Origin: Aplysia californica
Taxonomy: Eukaryota
Length of the DNA stretch: 64,000 nucleotides
Direction: 5' to 3'
Assembly (NCBI RefSeq): GCF_000002075.1
Contig: NW_004798121.1
Coordinates: 229,569-293,568, forward strand
Each line of letters opens with the position of its first letter. The first letter of the stretch is position 1. The notes under the pieces were generated by a model. The model was given only the letters and a program-made list of their open reading frames with translations, did no database searches and had not been told where the DNA came from. The position numbers were made by a program, and so were the translations under genes. Shown here piece after piece: positions 57,107-64,000 of the stretch.

Positions 57107-58969
57107 TCAGTNNNNNNNNNNNNNNNNNNNNNNNNNNNNNNNNNNNNNNNNNNNNNNNNNNNNNNNNNNNNNNNNNNNNNNNNNNNNNNNNNNNNNNNNN
57201 NNNNNNNNNNNNNNNNNNNNNNNNNNNNNNNNNNNNNNNNNNNNNNNTTATTATTTTTATATGTTGTTATTGCTGNNNNNNNNNNNNNNNNNNNNNNNNN
57301 NNNNNNNNNNNNNNNNNNNNNNNNNNNNNNNNNNNNNNNNNNNNNNNNNNNNNNNNNNNNNNNNNNNNNNNNNNNNNNNNNNNNNNNNNNNNNNNNNNNN
57401 NNNNNNNNNNNNNNNNNNNNNNNNNNNNNNNNNNNNNNNNNNNNNNNNNNNNNNNNNNNNNNNNNNNNNNNNNNNNNNNNNNNNNNNNNNNNNNNNNNNN
57501 NNNNNNNNNNNNNNNNNNNNNNNNNNNNNNNNNNNNNNNNNNNNNNNNNNNNNNNNNNNNNNNNNNNNNNNNNNNNNNNNNNNNNNNNNNNNNNNNNNNN
57601 NNNNNNNNNNNNNNNNNNNNNNNNNNNNNNNNNNNNNNNNNNNNNNNNNNNNNNNNNNNTTATTAATTATCATTATTGTTAAACGATGACCAATGCATCC
57701 GCATAGGAGAACAGTAGGCTCTTGGTTAGCCTACTTGGTTGTAGAATAGATATCATCGACGCAGGCAGTCCGCTGCTCCTCCCTCCTCTCCAGGGTCCAT
57801 GAAAGGGTTGGCTTTGCTGATCGTGTCAGTCATCGTGACAATGATACCAATTCTGGCAGATAAAACGCTACCACCTTTTGAACATTTGAAAGCTCCACTT
57901 CCACTGCTTACTAGTCGGGTACATTAATGTGTGCAACCTGCGGTATTTTCTCTTGGTTTCAACATTTCTTATTTGTGAAGCCTTAATGACTTGCTGCCCA
58001 CAGTGATTGCTGCTCCCCAAATCCAGCTCAGTCTGTTGGGCGCTAAACTCTCCCATATCGAAAGACTAATGTTAAAGTCATTCATAGACATTTTCATGGT
58101 GTCTTTGTTATGCTTTCTTTTGGTGCGCTTAAATTAAGCGCCTCGAAGGACAGTTCAGAATGGAATATAATACACTGTTTTGGGGTTTCTGAAATCAGGC
58201 TAAAAACACAGCAAGCCCGGCAGCGAAGTTCAATCCTTTTGAGATTAGAAAACCGACTCTCGCGGCATTCGCCCTTTTGAGAACATCGGTGTCTGGTATT
58301 TTGTCCTGCCGTTTGAAACCAAGAAATCTCCTGAAGCATGTCGATGTTAAAACGGTTAAGCTAATTCTTGGCATGGCTTTAATTGATAGGCCTACACCAT
58401 CCAGATCGAGGCACCATATTATACAACAAGGTTGGGAGGGTCACATTGTAGACGTTCAACTTTATTGTGTATGTGCGAATGCCACAACAGTCCCAAACGG
58501 TTCACTAGCTTTAAGCCTATTCATGCGTAAAGCCTTTTCTGCATTGATGCGAGCATTTGAAGAAAGTCTACTGCCAAGATAACTGAAGCTATAATAAACA
58601 TTGTTCTGTGTTGTGTATAAGTAGGGGGCCTATTTTGATTTTAGGAGGGAGGATCTGCGTAGCCTATCACCCGGGACATGCTTTGAGAGAACTTTATGTT
58701 TTTTGTGCTTATTACGTGTCCCAAGTTCTACATGCATTCAAAAAGAGATCAAAACAGTTTTGCATGTCAGGTTCTGCATAAGCAAATAATGCACAATCAT
58801 CGGCATAATATCAGTTCGCCGTTAGTCATCATGCCATGCTTTGTTTTTACCTGTAGCCTTCGGGAATTAAAGACTTTGTCGTCCTTTCCGTAGGCCTACC
58901 TGATATCCACACCGGCAGCTATATGAGCTTTGGAATGCTTTACTTTTTTATTAAGGTGTTTTTTACGCT

Positions 58970-59153
58970 TCCATTGGTACGATTTAGCTTATTTAGGAAG
59001 CGAGCACCCGACCCAGCCTTTCAGGACAAACCCAGCTACATAATCCTAGCAGAAAGGCCAGGATACCCGACACAAGTTTCTCCCCACTCAAGAATCGAGC
59101 TCAGGTCCCCTGCGTGTGACAGCAAAGCACCTAACGGCTACACCACAGACTCC
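58970..59153 (-). mobile_element. tRNA-headed SINE family B
   Basis: Minus strand reads GGAGTCTGTGGTGTAGCCGTTAGG..GAGCTCGATTCTTGAGTGGGGAGAAA. Confidence 0.7.
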
Positions 59154-59538
59154 AGTGGAATGCTTTATGCATGGTACAGAAAAGTATTGTTGCCAACACA
59201 CAGCCCTGTTTTAAACTCCATGGTGAACCACAGTAATGAACTATGGAAGCCAATCATACTTCGCCTGGGTTTTCCATAATATTATAAGCTTTCCCGACGA
59301 ACGGAATAAATAAACAAACAGACAAAAATAACAACAAACAAACAAACAGACAATCAAACAAATAACCCTATGTATAGTATAAGGCTTTTTATTCAGCTCT
59401 ACGCACATTTCCTTGATCTGCCAGGTGGCAAAGATCATGTCTCTGTGCCCACTTTGGCGCGGAAGTCACACGCATGACTTTCAAAAGATATTAAATTGTT
59501 TCAACAGACGATTCGGGCAAGGACTATCTTACTGGCTA

Positions 59539-59724
59539 TGTGGGTGGTTGGCGGGTGCTCTGGTGTGGTTTGGTTCTTATGTCCTTTCAAACGTAGATCT
59601 ATCATCCTTATCTCCCCCTCCTTCTTTTTATGTTTGTTACTCTTGTAACACATCTAATCTTCTGGCGCTCATATGACCTTATGCAGTTGCGAGCGCCGTA
59701 AAACCTCTACTAAAACAAAAACAA
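59539..59724 (+). mobile_element. Headless short retroposon family C (best-preserved copy)
   Basis: TGTGGGTGGTTGGCGGGTGCTCTGGTGTGG... ending GGCGCTCATATGACCTTATGCAGTTGCGAGCGCCGTAAAACCTCTACTAAAACAAAA. Confidence 0.8.
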
Positions 59725-59865
59725 TTACTGGCTATAGACAAGAGGGATTTACCACCTCTGTGATCATCTGAAGAATGCATGTCAGCTTTGTTTTTGTACA
59801 GTTGAATGATGGTTGCATCCTTGTACTCGTAAGAAATACTTCCAGAGTCCCACATTTGACATAAT
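59725..59865 (-). pseudogene. RTE-like LINE ORF fragment
   Basis: MWDSGSISYEYKDATIIQLYKNKAD..DDHRGGKSLLSIAS resembles the W..G.IP..KDA.I..LYK.KGD...N.RGISLLSIA motif at the start of the RT domain. Confidence 0.75.
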
Positions 59866-60864
59866 TTAATAGTTGTGTCGGTGCCTGAACAAGAAAAAAA
59901 ACACATCGACGTAGAATTCAATTATTTGAAGTACAAAAGTGAATACACACCAGTATTGTGTAATACGCAATAGGTATACTGTCGAAACTGTTATAACAAA
60001 CTGAAAACTGATAATCACTTTTGCCTCAATGATTTGCTGTCTTTAAAAGTAAGTACTGTACGATGTTGTTATGGGAATGAATCACAGTGCAACGACTCTT
60101 AGCCTTGGCTAACGACTTTCTAATCTAAAAAAAAATTAATAAAATTAGTTACAGATCTAAAGAAAACGTATCATTGGATGAGATCACAAAAGAACAGTAT
60201 GGGGAGACATGGGCATCCAAAGTTGTAGACCGCAGTTTCAACGTTGACGAATTTTTCAGTATTAAATAAAATATTGTATGGAGATTTTTTTAAGTAGCCC
60301 TAAAAAAACAACCCCGGAATTTTTAAAACTCTCTGCAGTAATCCCAGTTTAAACGACCTCAACCCGTTTGAATCAAAACCAGAACGCAGCTGAAGACTTT
60401 CAAACGTTCATGAACCGCCCCAGTAATAGATAGCCTAATAATAAATAATAAATGACATTTATATTGCACTCAATCCCGATTAAAGTACACAGGCTCTGAG
60501 CGCTTTACAATACAGTAGGCATACTTAGTACTAAGGTACAACAGTAAACATAAAACGTGTTTTGACTAAAAGAACATCACTCCAAATATTCATTTGATTA
60601 ATTTAAAAATAGAAACGACTTTATCTGACATTTGAATTAATCAAAAGATTTGATCTCAGTAGGCTACATGGTCGGGGTTTCTGACAGTTTACTCAAGATC
60701 ACAATAATATAATATAATATTATAATAGTCTACTATAACAAACTAATAATAGTAGAACCCGCTTCTGGGAGAAGCGCACACCGCGGGGCTCTCCACTCTC
60801 CCAGCATTTGGATTACCACCAACCACCTGCCCAATTCTCCAGTTTCTACCCCCCCCTCCCAAAC

Positions 60865-61755
60865 NNNNNNNNNNNNNNNNNNNNNNNNNNNNNNNNNNNN
60901 NNNNNNNNNNNNNNNNNNNNNNNNNNNNNNNNNNNNNNNNNNNNNNNNNNNNNNNNNNNNNNNNNNNNNNNNNNNNNNNNNNNNNNNNNNNNNNNNNNNN
61001 NNNNNNNNNNNNNNNNNNNNNNNNNNNNNNNNNNNNNNNNNNNNNNNNNNNNNNNNNNNNNNNNNNNNNNNNNNNNNNNNNNNNNNNNNNNNNNNNNNNN
61101 NNNNNNNNNNNNNNNNNNNNNNNNNNNNNNNNNNNNNNNNNNNNNNNNNNNNNNNNNNNNNNNNNNNNNNNNNNNNNNNNNNNNNNNNNNNNNNNNNNNN
61201 NNNNNNNNNNNNNNNNNNNNNNNNNNNNNNNNNNNNNNNNNNNNNNNNNNNNNNNNNNNNNNNNNNNNNNNNNNNNNNNNNNNNNNNNNNNNNNNNNNNN
61301 NNNNNNNNNNNNNNNNNNNNNNNNNNNNNNNNNNNNNNNNNNNNNNNNNNNNNNNNNNNNNNNNNNNNNNNNNNNNNNNNNNNNNNNNNNNNNNNNNNNN
61401 NNNNNNNNNNNNNNNNNNNNNNNNNNNNNNNNNNNNNNNNNNNNNNNNNNNNNNNNNNNNNNNNNNNNNNNNNNNNNNNNNNNNNNNNNNNNNNNNNNNN
61501 NNNNNNNNNNNNNNNNNNNNNNNNNNNNNNNNNNNNNNNNNNNNNNNNNNNNNNNNNNNNNNNNNNNNNNNNNNNNNNNNNNNNNNNNNNNNNNNNNNNN
61601 NNNNNNNNNNNNNNNNNNNNNNNNNNNNNNNNNNNNNNNNNNNNNNNNNNNNNNNNNNNNNNNNNNNNNNNNNNNNNNNNNNNNNNNNNNNNNNNNNNNN
61701 NNNNNNNNNNNNNNNNNNNNNNNNNNNNNNNNNNNNNNNNNNNNNNNNNNNNNNN
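60865..61755. other. Assembly gap (N run)
   Basis: N run. Confidence 0.99.
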
Positions 61756-62383
61756 ATAATGACATGCGTCAGTTTTACTCATCCAATTACCACCAGTGCT
61801 TGCCTTTTATAGGACCACTGTTTGACCTATTAAAAACAGAAACGTTTGAACATCTCCTTTGCTTCCACCCTTAGCCCCACCCACGAATGCCACCCCTCAC
61901 TGCCATCAGTGTAACAATGATTCGATGAACTCTTTTCTCGGCTGGCAGTACCTTGGGCAGTATATCAAGGCGGCAGGCATTGGTCAATCTAATTTAACAC
62001 CTCTGGCTTCTGGCTACCCAGGAAAGTTTCCGTAGTAGCTCGTTACTCCAGCACTCTCACGGGCAGTCGTGAGATTTCACACCCACACTACACTGACCAT
62101 CTGCAACGCACAGGGCTCACATGGTGGGGTCACATCTACCCCCAAATTGCACCCATACTCCTCTTCCTCGCCCAGCGGCCTGACCATAGCGCTAAGTTTA
62201 GAGCTGACGGAACCAAATTTGCGAGTTTTGTTTCAAGTCAGGGCTGAGCGGGCAAAGCATTTTCCGTCTTAGACAGGTGAAACCCTCGGAAGGGAGCGGA
62301 TTTTTCTTTCCGTTTCTGCGTTGGACAGGTTTCCGTTTTTTATACAGGTAATTAAAGAGGAATATATCAAGGGGGGAGCGGGG

Positions 62384-62523
62384 AGATTCCGTTAAGACAG
62401 GTTTCCGTTTTATACAGTTTTCCGTTAAGGAAGATTCGACTGCTTAATTAGCCAGATTCCGTTAAGACAGGTTTCCGTTTTATACAGTTTTCCGTTAAGG
62501 AAGATTCGACTGCTTAATTAGCC
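62384..62523. repeat. Perfect 70-bp tandem duplication at the end of a MITE-like repeat
   Basis: 62384-62453 is identical to 62454-62523. Confidence 0.85.
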
Positions 62524-63349
62524 AAGATATAAGCTTGGTTCGAGTACTTGATCATTCGTTTCACACAAGAATCAGTTCCAATAAATAAGTTAGAATTTGA
62601 TTGTATGACGTCAAACTGACATAGATAGACTAAGATAGATTGATACATATTCGGCACTTTATAATGATCTATTGTGTTGCAAGTGCCGCAATTGTCTTTC
62701 TAAATTATAAAGATCCGACAGTGGCAGAGAGATAGAGTTGAAAGACTAAACACGGACGAACGCCGAAATAGACAGACAAACCGTCTATCATGCATCCATG
62801 CAGCAGAGCAATTCGCTGACATACACGTATGGACACTATGAGACCGTAAGTCCGAGGCCAGCAACGGTTGTATTCAATTTTCATTATTTGTGTAATTTTC
62901 TGAATGGCAAGATCTATGAAAGAATCAAAGAAGGAATTTTTCATTTTCATTTTTTAAAAAGAATTCGAAAAATATCGATCATCAGTCTTTTCCCCGCGAA
63001 AAGTGTGTGGGAAATCTAATATGGTCTGTATTTCCTTGACCCATAACGTTAAATATTGTCGACAGTACCATAACGAATAATAAAATACCGAAGCTGATAA
63101 CAGAAAAGTCAGAAAATGACGATTGACCTTACGTAAAACTTTTCTCATAACGGATCAGGATGGTGCATTATTGAAACAGATTTTATAATTTGATTTTACT
63201 TAAAACAGTACTTCTTTATACTTAAACGACAGATATTCTTTTTTTACACAGTAAAAATTCATTAATTATTTCTTTATTGTCTAAAACAGACAATATAACA
63301 CAAAATAAACAATTTTTGATACAATGAAAATGATTGACAGCTGATTGTC

Positions 63350-63374
63350 ACTTCCGGCTAAGCAGAGTATAAAT
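63350..63374 (+). promoter_or_regulatory. ETS site (ACTTCCGG, 63350-63357) and TATA box (TATAAAT, 63368-63374)
   Basis: Motifs are appropriately spaced upstream of an ATG and splice donor. Confidence 0.5.
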
Positions 63375-63414
63375 ACCGAGCTTTTTATAGAGAAAGGTTA
63401 TTTCCTTTGACGAT

Positions 63415-63442
63415 ATGGATCCTTCAATACCGACGAATCAAG
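63415..63442 (+). CDS. Probable first coding exon of an unidentified gene running off the window (MDPSIPTNQ, phase 1)
   Basis: ATG about 40 nt after the TATA box, consensus donor AAG|GTAAGC at 63442/63443, followed by CTAGAT tracts as seen at the other gene starts. Confidence 0.45.
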
Positions 63443-64000
63443 GTAAGCGAAAGTAACAGTATGTCAATGCCAGTTTTGTTGGAATGACTCTTCAGTCCAG
63501 CCAAGATTAAGTGTGACTATTGACTAGATCTAGAACCACCAAGTCCAAAGTGCTCAAAGTGTCCAAGGACCAAGACCAAAGGCTAAATAAACAAGAGATA
63601 TCAAAGAGAAATCGGTAGCCCTACATTGATCATTGATTATCATTCTCAATCATGTCATTGGATGTAGGCCATCATATAAAAGTCAATAGTCATAGATTCT
63701 AGATCTAGATTCTAGATCTATATCTAGATACATCTCATGTAGTAATAAAAGTATAGAGTCTAGGGTAGAGTAATTCCAGGCTGTATCTGATGGTACTGAC
63801 TGTACTGTATGGGGAAGACTTGATTAGACTGCTACCAATTCCTATGTGGCCTATGGTCAATCTTTCAATCATTCAATGACAATGTCATATATATATATAT
63901 ATGATAGGCCTATCTAATGCTATGTACCCTATCCGTACGTCATGTTTTACTATTGTATTCATATGACGTTGGGAACTCTGTGCCATCACTTTCCAAAGCA

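Overview
Eukaryotic (animal, invertebrate) genomic DNA with four assembly gaps. The repeat content suggests a mollusc/gastropod, but that is only an inference. Hand splicing with GT-AG junctions and consistent phases gives four intron-containing genes: NDUFS8 (+, 6 coding exons, 208 aa), FBXW8 (-, 12 exons, 719 aa), SIRT4 (+, 3 coding exons, 327 aa, head-to-head with FBXW8) and an LRWD1/ORCA-like WD40 gene (-, 12 coding exons, 415 aa, no LRR domain visible). A probable first exon of a fifth gene lies at about 63.4 kb. Introns and intergenic DNA hold a decayed LTR-less Ty3/Gypsy (Mag-like) element in the LRWD1 first intron, Tc1/mariner, RTE-like and DIRS-like relics, two tRNA-headed SINE families, two headless short retroposon families that share one 3' stem-loop tail, several MITEs and tandem repeats. 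The most notable observations are the WD40-only LRWD1, palindromic (CTAGAT)n tracts that track gene 5' ends, and the headless retroposon system with a minimal 62-bp insert. I see no evidence for an intact novel protein-coding system. The six-frame ORFs outside these exons and TE relics look spurious.
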